In this document: one piece after another, positions 37,917 to 47,839 of the stretch
Layout of the letters: each line of letters starts with the position of its first letter
Position numbering within the stretch: the stretch's first letter is position 1
Assembly: GCA_963801815.1 (NCBI GenBank)
Contig: CAWDGJ010000003.1
Coordinates: forward strand, 256,001 to 320,000
Direction of reading: 5' to 3'
Length of the DNA: 64,000 bases
Origin: an uncultured Verrucomicrobiae bacterium
GTDB lineage: Bacteria > Verrucomicrobiota > Verrucomicrobiia > Chthoniobacterales > UBA10450
Notes under the pieces: generated by a model
What the model was told of the DNA's origin: nothing
Databases searched by the model: none
Seen by the model: only the letters and a program-made list of their open reading frames with translations
Position numbers and translations under genes: made by a program

Positions 37917-39508
37917 GGGAATACGATTTCGTTGTAATCGGGAGCGGGATCGCCGGACTGAGTTTTGCGCTAAAGGCGGCCAAACATGGCTCGGTGGCGG
38001 TTGTGACGAAGCGCAAAGGCGCAGACACCAACACAGCGTGGGCACAGGGGGGGATCGCGTGTGTCACAAGCGACGAAGATTCCTTCGAATTGCACGTTCG
38101 CGACACGCTCGCTGCCGGCGCGGGTTTGTGCGATGAAGTTGTCGTCCGCACAATTGTGACTGAAGCCCCGGCCCGGATTCAGGATTTGGTCGATCTCGGA
38201 CTTCACTTCGACGAGCGAGAAGTTTCGGGTCACCGAGAATTCGATCTTGGCCGTGAAGGAGGACATTCGAAGCGCCGCGTTTTGCATGTTCGCGATGTAA
38301 CTGGTAAGGAAATTGAAAATGTTTTGCTGCGCGAGCTAAGACGGCAATCGCACGTTCATCTTCTCGAAAATCACATGGCCGTTGATCTCATTACGGCATC
38401 GAAGTTGGGATTCGCTACGGAAGATCGCTGCCTCGGCGTTTACGTTCTTAACGAACAGACCGAAGGGGTTGAAACGATTCGATCCGACCGGATCGTGCTC
38501 GCGACGGGTGGCTGCGGTAAAGTTTATCTTTATACAACTAATCCTGACATCGCGACTGGCGATGGCGTGGCAATGGCCTGGCGGGCCGGGGCAACGATTG
38601 CGAACATGGAGTTTGTTCAATTTCACCCCACCTGTCTGTTCCATCCGAAAGCGAAATCGTTTTTGATTTCGGAAGCGGTGCGCGGCGAGGGCGGCATCCT
38701 GCGCAACAATCGGGGCGAAGACTTCATGAAACGCTACGATCCGCTCGGTTCGTTGGCGCGTCGAGATATCGTCGCGCGAGCGATTGATGCCGAGATCAAG
38801 CGGTCCGGCGCGCAATGCGTGTTCTTGGATATTACGGATAAACCGGTGGAATTCCTGCGCGAACGCTTCCCAAACATTTACGAGACTTGCCTGCGCTTCG
38901 GGATCGACATGACGAAGCAGCCAATCCCGGTGGTGCCGGCGGCGCATTATCAATGTGGAGGGATCAAGACCGACGTGAACGGGGCGACAAGTTTGCCCGG
39001 ATTGTACGCGATTGGCGAAGTGGGTTGCACCGGATTGCACGGCGCGAACCGCCTGGCGAGCAACTCGCTACTCGAAGGTTTGGTTGTCGCGCACCGCGCA
39101 GTCGCGTCCGCGGTCACCTCTCCATCCAAACAGAGTCAGGGAGATTTTGTAGTACCCGAGTGGCAATCAGGCAACGTGCAAGATGTGGATGAACTGGTCG
39201 TGATTTACCACAACTGGGATGAGATTCGGCGATTGATGTGGGATTACGTCGGGATAGTGCGGACCGACAAGCGGTTGCAACGGGCCAGCGCGCGCTTGCG
39301 TAACCTTCAGCGCGAGATCCGCGAGTTTTATTGGAACTTCAGGATCTCGGTCGACCTGTTGGAGCTGCGCAACCTGGCTACGGTGGCGGCGTTGATTGTC
39401 GATTCGGCTCTGAGCCGCAAAGAGAGCCGCGGGTTGCACTACACACTCGACTATCCACAGAGAAACGACCGGGAATACGTTCGCAACACGCTGATTACGA
39501 GAATATAG
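37913..39508 (+). CDS. nadB: L-aspartate oxidase
   Basis: GSGIAG; WAQGGIA; EGGHS.RR; QFHPT; SEAVRGEG; AHYQCGG; HGANRLASNSLLE; ESRGLH. Confidence 0.96.
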   Translation: MREYDFVVIGSGIAGLSFALKAAKHGSVAVVTKRKGADTNTAWAQGGIACVTSDEDSFELHVRDTLAAGAGLCDEVVVRTIVTEAPARIQDLVDLGLHFDEREVSGHREFDLGREGGHSKRRVLHVRDVTGKEIENVLLRELRRQSHVHLLENHMAVDLITASKLGFATEDRCLGVYVLNEQTEGVETIRSDRIVLATGGCGKVYLYTTNPDIATGDGVAMAWRAGATIANMEFVQFHPTCLFHPKAKSFLISEAVRGEGGILRNNRGEDFMKRYDPLGSLARRDIVARAIDAEIKRSGAQCVFLDITDKPVEFLRERFPNIYETCLRFGIDMTKQPIPVVPAAHYQCGGIKTDVNGATSLPGLYAIGEVGCTGLHGANRLASNSLLEGLVVAHRAVASAVTSPSKQSQGDFVVPEWQSGNVQDVDELVVIYHNWDEIRRLMWDYVGIVRTDKRLQRASARLRNLQREIREFYWNFRISVDLLELRNLATVAALIVDSALSRKESRGLHYTLDYPQRNDREYVRNTLITRI

Positions 39509-39626
39509 AATGGAACGGATAGTGCTCCTAACAAATTGTAACCGCCAGCGGCACTGGTTTTTCCATAACGAAAGCCCTTGCGAAAGGCGGGAAAATCGGA
39601 TAGAAACTGGCCACCCTTTTGCCCGA

Positions 39627-40466
39627 ATGAGACGATTACTCGCTCTTCTAATTCTGGCCGGCGCCATCGGCGCGCTGCGCGCAGAAGAGCAATCGAGTTC
39701 GCCATACGCCACGGCAGCGGATTTTGCGAAGTACGCCATGAAGTTGCGCGAACAGGCATTGCTCAAGGTCGAGCCGATCGTAAATATTCCGACAAGTTCT
39801 CGCCCAGTAGCCCAACGTTATGCCTGGAAATCCAACATTGTGACTACGGTGTTCTGGATCGGCGAACAAGCGGGCGGCAATAATCCCGTTCCAAACAATC
39901 GAAGTTCATGGGATCTAAATTGGACCGGTAATTATGGTGGTTTCGATAACCCTGATAGATCGCAGCGCCGAAATTACATCCCCGTCTCATTCGTCCCAAG
40001 GGAAAACCCCTTTTATTTTGCGTTGCCGTACAATGACGTGACGCACGGGCAGTTTAAACCAGAGGCGCCGTTGGTCATTCCCTGGTTCAAACGGTATTAC
40101 ACTGGTCAGGGACAATCGGTCTGCTGGCATCGCTGGATTGCGATTAAGAAGGGCATTCGAGTCTGCTACGCGCAATGGGAAGATTGCGGACCGTTCCGAA
40201 CCGATCATTTTCAATACGTTTTCGGCAATGAGCGACCTAAACCGAACCTGAACCATGGTGCCGGCTTGGACGTTTCTCCCGCGGTGCGTGACTATCTCGG
40301 GTTGCAGCCAACGGACGTGACCGACTGGCAATTTGTCGATCCAGAAAATGTTCCGGCGGGTCCTTGGCGAAGTTATGGCGAGCATAACAACTTCGTGCTT
40401 GCGCGTCGCCAGGCCGAACAGCGGCTGGCCCAGCAAGCCGGCGGATCGAGCAACGTCAAGAAGTAA
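39627..40466 (+). CDS. Secreted hypothetical protein, RlpA/DPBB-like
   Basis: Signal peptide from ATG 39627; WEDCGP and GLDVSPAV resemble RlpA 'DRGP' and 'DLS' motifs. Confidence 0.5.
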   Translation: MRRLLALLILAGAIGALRAEEQSSSPYATAADFAKYAMKLREQALLKVEPIVNIPTSSRPVAQRYAWKSNIVTTVFWIGEQAGGNNPVPNNRSSWDLNWTGNYGGFDNPDRSQRRNYIPVSFVPRENPFYFALPYNDVTHGQFKPEAPLVIPWFKRYYTGQGQSVCWHRWIAIKKGIRVCYAQWEDCGPFRTDHFQYVFGNERPKPNLNHGAGLDVSPAVRDYLGLQPTDVTDWQFVDPENVPAGPWRSYGEHNNFVLARRQAEQRLAQQAGGSSNVKK

Positions 40467-40472
40467 CCGGCC

Positions 40473-42191
40473 TCAGCTGAGTCGCGGTTTCAATTCGGCG
40501 AATTTTTTCTGTAGTTCTTCAACGCACTGCGACCACGGCTCGTAGCGAGCGCGTTGCGTCTGACAAATATTGGCCAGCGTTTGGAACCGTTTCGACATTT
40601 CCGCGCAAAATGAATCAACGGCTTTTCCGAATTGGCTCTCGAGCGTTTGTTTAAATTGTGGTTGCTTTGGATCTAACTCGCGTTCGTAACCGCGTAAGAC
40701 CTGGTGGCGATAATTGAACGCCAGGAAAATCACCAGCAACACGCCAATCCCCGCGACTGCTGCCGCACCCATCCCCAGAGTCGGGTTCCGGGTCTTCATC
40801 AAGCCGGCTACGATTGCGGAGAGCGCGCTCACTACGCCCACTGCGCGTAGCGCAATTGAAGTACGGGAACACGTTCTCGTAAGGCGCTCCTGAAGTGATT
40901 TGCCAGCGAGGATGCCAATGAAGGCGTTTTGAACCGCCTCGAAAAGCTCGCGGCGTTGGGCAGCAAAGTCGGGGATGGTGGGTCGCGCTTCCTTTCGCAG
41001 ATCGGCGGACAATTGATTTTCAAGCAGGTCCTGCATTTGCGGCCAAAGGCTGCGTAGATCTGTTTCCAAGCCGTGAGCAGCCCGGTCCATCTGCGGCCGC
41101 AATAGTTCTCGCAACTTCGCTTCGATGCCGGCTTGTTGATCCGGGATCCGAGCGCTTTGCCCGGCGATTAGTTTGAGACCGTTCCACCAAGTCACCTTTT
41201 CCCGTAGGAGTTTAGCCCTTTCTTCCGTTGTTTGGTCATAGCCGGTTTCCATATCGCGCACCAACCCTCCGATTTGGCGACGCAATTGTTCCCGGCGGGT
41301 CCCAAGCAAACTTTCAAGCCGGCCTAAAGCCGATTCATCGGCGGAAATCTTCGCGAGAGACCCGCTTACTTCTTGATCGAACTGTTCGAGAGTTACACGC
41401 GCTGCCTGAAAAGTGGAGCGCAGTTTGAGCATGCGTGTGCTCGATTCGGTCACGATGAAATTTATCTGTTCTTCAAGCGCTGCTAAGCCGCTTTCTTCCC
41501 AGAGCTTCTCTTTTTCGATGGAGCTGGTCCGTGCCAACTGGGCTTTTCGCGCGGACACTGCGAAAAGTGGCGGAACAAAGCCGAGCTGGCGCATAGCGGT
41601 ATCCTGAAGATGGCGATGGATGACCTCGATTTCGGTCGGTTCGCGCAAATCGATTTGCTGAAGCACGAAGATTACGTTCTTGAGCCACGTCTTTTGCAGG
41701 AAGTTTAAAAATTCCCAGTTCGACTGCGTCCATGGATTCGCGACCGAGAACACGAACAGAACAATATCCGCGCGCGGCAAGAAATCCTCAGTCGTCGTTT
41801 GGTGTTCCTTCACCATCGTGTTGGTACCTGGAGTGTCGACGACGTTGAAGTTGTGCAAAAACGGAACCGGCAGATAACGCTCAGTTAGCTTCGGTGACAC
41901 CTCGACTGTTTTCTCCTCCGGTCCGTAACGAAAAATATAAACCCGATCCGTCGCCGGAAGCACGTCGACCCTGGCAAACTCGTCACCAAAGAGAGCGTTG
42001 AGGAGCGAAGATTTTCCGGATTTCACTTCACCGACTACGACGAACAATAACGGCTCGCTGAGGTCGCGGAGAAGCGCCTGGAGCGTATCTAATTCGTCGG
42101 CCGGGCGATGCATCTCGGACCCGAGCTTGATTAAGCCCGCCAGTCCGCTTTCAAGCTCGCCTTTGAGCTGCAAATATCGGTCGGCGATCAT
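40473..42191 (-). CDS. Bacterial dynamin-like GTPase
   Basis: GEVKSGKSSLLNAL (G1); DTPG (G3); QQID at G4; long helical region; two C-terminal hydrophobic segments. Confidence 0.85.
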   Translation of the reverse strand: MIADRYLQLKGELESGLAGLIKLGSEMHRPADELDTLQALLRDLSEPLLFVVVGEVKSGKSSLLNALFGDEFARVDVLPATDRVYIFRYGPEEKTVEVSPKLTERYLPVPFLHNFNVVDTPGTNTMVKEHQTTTEDFLPRADIVLFVFSVANPWTQSNWEFLNFLQKTWLKNVIFVLQQIDLREPTEIEVIHRHLQDTAMRQLGFVPPLFAVSARKAQLARTSSIEKEKLWEESGLAALEEQINFIVTESSTRMLKLRSTFQAARVTLEQFDQEVSGSLAKISADESALGRLESLLGTRREQLRRQIGGLVRDMETGYDQTTEERAKLLREKVTWWNGLKLIAGQSARIPDQQAGIEAKLRELLRPQMDRAAHGLETDLRSLWPQMQDLLENQLSADLRKEARPTIPDFAAQRRELFEAVQNAFIGILAGKSLQERLTRTCSRTSIALRAVGVVSALSAIVAGLMKTRNPTLGMGAAAVAGIGVLLVIFLAFNYRHQVLRGYERELDPKQPQFKQTLESQFGKAVDSFCAEMSKRFQTLANICQTQRARYEPWSQCVEELQKKFAELKPRLS

Positions 42192-42201
42192 GCCGGCAAT
42201 A

Positions 42202-43044
42202 TCAACTGTGCGGGGTCGGCGATGGCGCTGTCGGTTTTACGGGCGTCGACTTTGCCGACGGGGAAGCCTTGGCCAAAGGCGAGGTCTTCGGTGAAGGGGA
42301 AGGTTTGGGCGGGATTGGCGTTTGCATGGCAATCAATTCCGAAACGGTCACGAACTTGAATCCTTTTTCTTCAAGCTGTTTCAACACGCATGGCATTGCC
42401 TCGATGGTCCCCGGATGAATGTCGTGCGCAAGAACGATCGAACCGGCGCGAGTGTTCTTTACGATACGGTTGCAAACAACGCTCGGCCCTGGTCTGCGCC
42501 AATCCAACGGGTCGACATCCCAAAGCACGATCTTGTAACCGAATTCCTGATTGATCCATTTTTTCTGGCGCGCCGTAATCGAACCATAAGGCGGACGAAG
42601 CAATGTGGGAGAGCTACCGATTGCGTTCTTGATTGCTTCATCGGTTCGCCGGATCTGCGAACGCACGCCATCATCAGACATTTTTCCAAAATTCGGATGC
42701 GACCAGCTGTGGTTGGCGACTTCGTGTCCTTCATGCGTTTCGCGTGCCACAATGTCCGGATATTCGGCGGCATTTTCGCCGATCAGGAAAAATGTGGCCT
42801 TGATATGATGGGCTGCGAGCAAATCCAGCAGCTTCGGAGTGAGTTTTGCACTCGGTCCATCATCGAAAGTCAATGCGATATAGGGACCATCGACGTGGAC
42901 CCAATCGAAAGTGATTCCCGGTTCAACTGGGGGTGTCGACGTTGTTTTCTGGCTGGCCTGCGCAGCAACTGCATCATTCGCATTCAGGGACAGACTTCCA
43001 GCCAGACCGGCGAGGCAAAAAAGGAACCCACGCATAATGATCAT
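42202..43044 (-). CDS. Polysaccharide deacetylase (CE4), secreted
   Basis: TFDDGP; NHSWSHP; RPPYG; DW; LAHD; Pro/Ser tail. Start uncertain. Confidence 0.92.
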   Translation of the reverse strand: MIIMRGFLFCLAGLAGSLSLNANDAVAAQASQKTTSTPPVEPGITFDWVHVDGPYIALTFDDGPSAKLTPKLLDLLAAHHIKATFFLIGENAAEYPDIVARETHEGHEVANHSWSHPNFGKMSDDGVRSQIRRTDEAIKNAIGSSPTLLRPPYGSITARQKKWINQEFGYKIVLWDVDPLDWRRPGPSVVCNRIVKNTRAGSIVLAHDIHPGTIEAMPCVLKQLEEKGFKFVTVSELIAMQTPIPPKPSPSPKTSPLAKASPSAKSTPVKPTAPSPTPHS

Positions 43045-43281
43045 GAGATTTTCCAGACGGTACGAAACTTCGCTGTATCTAGCAGACACATAATGTTACG
43101 CAACTTGCGGGCTGATGATCCTGCGGAAAGTCGATCTATCTAGGGGAAAATCTGATATTTATCTTTCATCGGCTGATTGACTGTTTGTGGCAGCCATTCT
43201 GCTCAAATCACCCTTGGTTAAATCGGCGATTTGTCTTTTCTAATTTCGTCGATGGAAGTTTTGGGAAACGAACTGCCAGAG

Positions 43282-45171
43282 ATGAGAATATTGCTCGTTG
43301 AAGATCACGCGCAGAGTCGCAGATCTCTGCAAAAATTAATCGAAAGACGTGGCCACGAGATCGTAGCTGTCGGAAGTGTCGAGGAGGCCGAAATAGAATT
43401 GTCCCAGCGGTCTTTCCCGTTTTTGATCCTCGATTGGATGTTACCTGGCAAGAGCGGGATTGAACTCTGCCGCGAATTACGGGCCAAGCCCCATGGCGAC
43501 GAGCTTTTCATACTATTGGTCACCGCCCGCGACAATGCCGCCGATCTGGAACAAGCGCTTGAAGCGGGTGCCAACGATTACCTGACCAAACCGCTCGATT
43601 CCGCCCGACTAAATGTCCGCCTTTCCGTGGCGGAGCGACGAATTCGGGCTCTGAACGAGCGCGTTCAGGCTCGGGCCGAACTGCAAGATGCGGTGAGAAA
43701 GATGACCGACATTCTCGAGAAAACGAGCGACGGTTTCTTCGCGGTCGACCGGGACTGGAAGTTTACCTTCGTTAATCCCCAGGCGGAAAGGTTGCTCGAG
43801 CGCCGGCGCGAGGATCTGATCGGCAAGGACGTTTGGATGGAATTTCCGCAGTTCAAGCGCGATGCGTTTGAGACAAATTATCGGCGCGCAATGTCGGAGC
43901 AGGTTGCGGTTGAATTTGAAGCGAGTGACGCCGGCGGCCAGGTCTGGTTTGAATTGCTTGCTTACCCGAGCGGCGGCGGAGTTTCCGTGTTTTTGCGCGA
44001 CGTTACGGAACGCAAGCGCGGGGAGGCAGAGCGACTGACGACCAGCAAACTAGAATCGCTCGGCACTTTGGCCGGAGGCATTGCTCATGATTTAAACAAT
44101 ATTCTGACGGTCATTTCCGGCAACATCGGCCTGGCCCAAATCGAAGCGCCAGCCAATTCCACGAACCTGCTATCCTCGTTATCAAAGGCCGCTTGCGCAG
44201 CGCAGCATGCCGCTCAGCTTTCAAATCAGCTGCTGACGTTTTCAAAAGGCGGGTCGCCTTTGAAGCGAGTCGTCTCTATCGCGCAACTTGTTTCGCAATC
44301 GGCTGAATTTTCGCTTCATGGGTCAAATCTTTGGGCCGAGCTGGACGTCGCGTCGAATCTTTGGCAGGCGGCGGTAGATCCGGCGCAGATTGAACAGGTC
44401 ATGAATGCGCTAATCATCAACGCCCGCGAAGCGATGCCGGACGGTGGTACTGTGCGAGTCGCCGCTCGTAACATCGACATCGATGCAAATTCACCGGTTG
44501 CGCTTGAGCCGGGACGCTACGTCAAAGTTCAAGTCACCGATCATGGCAATGGAATTGACCTGCGCTCAATCGCCAAGATTTTCGATCCGTATTTCACAAC
44601 CAAGGCCTCCGCCAGTGGTCTCGGGTTATCGATCAGCTATTCGGTAATTAGAAAACATGGCGGCCTTCTGTTGCTGGAAAGCACTTCTCGAAGTGGCTCG
44701 ATTTTTTCCTTCTACCTTCCGGCGAGCGGCGCGGAGATACCGGTGCCGGAAACGACATTTGCCGAGCAGACTTTCGATTTTGTCCACCAGCGGGTGTTGG
44801 TAATGGATGATGAAGCAGCTATTCGTGATATCACCTCGGAGTTGCTGGCAACGCTCGGTTACGATGTAACGGTGGTTCCAGATGGCGCCGAAGCGTTAAA
44901 GACCTACGAGCAGGCGATGCGTCGGGGTGAAAACTTTCGGGCCGTGATTCTGGATGCGACGATTCGCGGTGGGATGGGTGGGGTAGCCACCATCGAGCGG
45001 TTGCGCGATCTCGACCCGAAAGTCACGGCGATCATTTGCAGCGGTTATTCGGACGAAGCGGCCCTGGCGGAATTTCTGGCCTACGGTTTTCAGGCCGCGC
45101 TGGCAAAGCCGTTTACCCGCCATGAGCTTGCCAACGTCCTTCAGCGCGCGCTCGAAACGAGGGAAGTCTGA
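43282..45171 (+). CDS. Hybrid sensor kinase REC-PAS-HisKA-HATPase-REC (CckA-like)
   Basis: N-terminal REC (LLVED, DWMLP); PAS; AHDLNNIL H-box; FDPYFTTK; GLGL; C-terminal REC. Confidence 0.92.
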   Translation: MRILLVEDHAQSRRSLQKLIERRGHEIVAVGSVEEAEIELSQRSFPFLILDWMLPGKSGIELCRELRAKPHGDELFILLVTARDNAADLEQALEAGANDYLTKPLDSARLNVRLSVAERRIRALNERVQARAELQDAVRKMTDILEKTSDGFFAVDRDWKFTFVNPQAERLLERRREDLIGKDVWMEFPQFKRDAFETNYRRAMSEQVAVEFEASDAGGQVWFELLAYPSGGGVSVFLRDVTERKRGEAERLTTSKLESLGTLAGGIAHDLNNILTVISGNIGLAQIEAPANSTNLLSSLSKAACAAQHAAQLSNQLLTFSKGGSPLKRVVSIAQLVSQSAEFSLHGSNLWAELDVASNLWQAAVDPAQIEQVMNALIINAREAMPDGGTVRVAARNIDIDANSPVALEPGRYVKVQVTDHGNGIDLRSIAKIFDPYFTTKASASGLGLSISYSVIRKHGGLLLLESTSRSGSIFSFYLPASGAEIPVPETTFAEQTFDFVHQRVLVMDDEAAIRDITSELLATLGYDVTVVPDGAEALKTYEQAMRRGENFRAVILDATIRGGMGGVATIERLRDLDPKVTAIICSGYSDEAALAEFLAYGFQAALAKPFTRHELANVLQRALETREV

Positions 45172-45180
45172 ATCGGCAAT

Positions 45181-45248
45181 GGAGCGAGCCGGGAAGCCGC
45201 GATCTAGACGAGCGGCCGAGAGGCCGAGGAGCGGGAGCGAACGAGTCA
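45181..45248. repeat. Purine-rich element with a GNRA-capped hairpin between convergent genes
   Basis: CGGCC-GAGA-GGCCG at 45213-45226, flanked by GGAGCGA repeats. Confidence 0.4.
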
Positions 45249-45249
45249 C

Positions 45250-45696
45250 TCAGCTCTTCTTGATTTTGTCGAGCTCAGCGAGGAACGCTGCAATGCCGCC
45301 GGTGTACAAGCCCTCGTAGCGCCAGACGGTTTTGCCATCACCGTCAAGGACGATCAACGTGGGGAAGCCGTCGATTTGATAGCGTTCTGCGAGCTCCTGA
45401 TTTTGTTTTTGCACGTCAACGCTTTGCGCCTTGCGACGAGGGAAATCGATCTCGACTAGGACAAGATTCTTGTTCGCGTAATCTTTAAATTGCTGCTGGG
45501 ACAGAATCGCCTTGTCGAGTTGGAAACAATAGCCACACCAGTCCGAGCCGGTGAAGTCCAACAGCAAAAGCTTGTGATTCGCCTTTGCTTCTTCCTGTGC
45601 TTTTTTCAGGTCGGTGCTCCAGGCCGAATCGGCGCGCGCCGAAACGGCGCTGAGCGATCCGAGCACGACGAGAATCGCGATTGCCAGGTTTTTCAC
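45250..45696 (-). CDS. Secreted thioredoxin-fold protein (thioredoxin_7/DsbH-like)
   Basis: Signal peptide; FTGSDWCGYC; DFPR; GFPT. Confidence 0.88.
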   Translation of the reverse strand: MKNLAIAILVVLGSLSAVSARADSAWSTDLKKAQEEAKANHKLLLLDFTGSDWCGYCFQLDKAILSQQQFKDYANKNLVLVEIDFPRRKAQSVDVQKQNQELAERYQIDGFPTLIVLDGDGKTVWRYEGLYTGGIAAFLAELDKIKKS

Positions 45697-45816
45697 GTTT
45701 GAAGTGTCAACCAGGCGGCATCGCTACGCAAGTGTGCACAGAACCGCCAACGCGGCTCCAAATCGGACTCGCGTTTCTCTTAGTGGCGCTCAGAGCGCCA
45801 TCCTGCAGATCCCAGC

Positions 45817-46095
45817 CTAACGAATGTGGCCCGAGACGAGCTTGGTCATCTCGAACATGCTGACCTGACTCTTGCCGTTGAAAACCGCTCGGAGCGTGTC
45901 GTCGGCATTGATTTGCGTTCTTTTCGTTTTGTCCTGAAGGCCGTGCTTCTTGATATAGTTCCAAAGCTTCTTGGTCAGTTCGGAACGGGGCAGGGGCGTC
46001 GAACCGACGACGGCGGCAAGCTTGTCATCCGGCTGGACCGGTCTCATGAAGGCGGGATTGGGCTTTCGTTTTGAAGGAGTCTTGGTTTTCGGCAT
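45817..46095 (-). CDS. Stand-alone SWIB/MDM2-domain protein
   Basis: LAAVVG..PLPR.E.TKKLWNYIKKHGLQD...INAD..L..VF.G..QVSMFEM.K. Confidence 0.92.
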   Translation of the reverse strand: MPKTKTPSKRKPNPAFMRPVQPDDKLAAVVGSTPLPRSELTKKLWNYIKKHGLQDKTKRTQINADDTLRAVFNGKSQVSMFEMTKLVSGHIR

Positions 46096-46165
46096 ACAGG
46101 CTGATTAATGCTTCACCTGCGACAGGGCAATAATTATTTTGGGGTAAGGAAATTTTTTTCGCTTG

Positions 46166-47339
46166 CTAATTCGACCGCCGCACCGTCACCGCCGCAACAT
46201 CATCCGGCGGTGATTTGGGCGAATCCGGCGTCGCCGCATTCAACATTAACTCCAAGAGTGCTTCTGCACTCACAGCGAACGGATTGATCATTCCAGCGAG
46301 CTGCGTCGGAGTCGAGCGCAGCCGGCCGGTGATTGCGCCCGCCGAATAATCCGTCCGTGTAAAGGGTGAATGCATCGCCCGGATTCAACTCCACAACCGC
46401 TTCCGTGAACGTCGACCGGTCTTTCAGTCCAAGCGGCGGCGCCGACGACGGGATCGCTTCCGTTCCGCGACCAAATCGGGTTACCAGAAGCGGTGGATGA
46501 CCTGCGCCCACCACGCAAACTCGTCCGTTTTTCGGATCCAATGCCGCGCACATCGCGCTCATGAACGAGCGCCCGCCAAAAATGCCGCGTAGATCGTTGT
46601 TCACCGATTCCATGATGGCGATCGGCTCGTCGTATTGTTCGCGGCCAGAGTGAAACAAAAATTTTGCCAGGGTAGTCAATAACGCGCCGGACGCGCCGTG
46701 ACCGGTGGCATCGGCAATCCAGAACAGCCAGCGGCCATGCTTGAGAGGCAGCCAGCCGTAAATATCACCGCCGACTTCGATCACCGGCCGGTAACACATG
46801 GCGATCTCCCATCCGGCGAGTTGCAATGGCTTCTGGGGAATAAGCGATTGCTGGGTCGCACGCGCTGCGGCCAGATCGCGTTCGTGATTTCGCCGCCATT
46901 CTTCCAGGTCTTTATTTTGCTTTTGCAGTTGGAGACGCAACGAATGAATACGAAGTTGTCCCTCAATCCTCGCCCGCAAGACCTCAATCTTGATTGGTTT
47001 GATCACGAAATCGTCCGCGCCCGCTTCCAGGCACTGGACTTCGCTTTCGCCGTGGCCGGTCAACATGATAACGGGGAGCTGCGCGATCTCCGGGTCTGGA
47101 TCTGCGCGCAGGTACTTCACTGCTTCGGTTCCGTCCATACCCGGCATTTTGAAATCGAGCAGCAACACGGATGGGCGGTCTTCATGCACCAGCTTCAACG
47201 CTTCAGACGCGGTGTCAGTTTCGCGGCAAAGATAGCCGCTGGCTGACAGCATTCGCGTCAACAACGCCCGGCTGGTCGCGTCGTCGTCGACGATCAGCAC
47301 GCTCCGCTCAGATTCCATCACTGCAACAAGTTCGGGCAT
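46166..47339 (-). CDS. Response regulator plus SpoIIE (PP2C) phosphatase with an apparent frameshift near 46340
   Basis: REC domain; VGGD; ADATGHG; AGHPP; YTDG. The terminal PDDVAAVTVRR motif lies in a different frame (ORF 46166..46375). Confidence 0.8.
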
Positions 47340-47428
47340 CGCCGGACAATTGTCTTTGGAAAATGAGTTGCGATTCCGGACCCACTGGCATTGAAATAGA
47401 AGCAGTGTAGACTCCGTCCAAGAAAATT

Positions 47429-47818
47429 ATGAAATTGTGGCTCTCGCTCGCGATCCTCACCGCGTTCCTCATTTCGGCCTGCAACGAGGACCAACCGCCC
47501 CCAGTTCAGCATCGAGCAGCGAAATATCCCGCGGAGGAGACCAACCCGGAGAATCCACCGACCCAGCAACCGTTCAACCCGAATGCGCCGCCGCCGGAAA
47601 ATGCCGACGCCAGCGCGCAGCCGCCGGCCCCAGCTCCAACCGCCGCGGCGTCGAAGCCAGCCAAGGGCGATTATCCCTATGGCACTCCGGTTCCAGGCAA
47701 ACCCGGTTTTGTGAAAAGCCCGTACGCTCCGGACCAGGGCCTGGTCGACGTTCGCGGTTTCCCGCCCGGAACGGAGGTTAAGGATCCTTTCACGAACAAG
47801 ATTTTCCTCGTGCCGTAA
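47429..47818 (+). CDS. Hypothetical lipoprotein with a Pro-rich linker and a compact C-terminal domain
   Basis: Lipobox ISAC; C-terminal [13 protein letters not shown]...VDVRG.PPG.EVKDP.T.KIFLVP. Confidence 0.75.
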   Translation: MKLWLSLAILTAFLISACNEDQPPPVQHRAAKYPAEETNPENPPTQQPFNPNAPPPENADASAQPPAPAPTAAASKPAKGDYPYGTPVPGKPGFVKSPYAPDQGLVDVRGFPPGTEVKDPFTNKIFLVP

Positions 47819-47839
47819 CCCGAGTTGCGGGGGGGTGAT

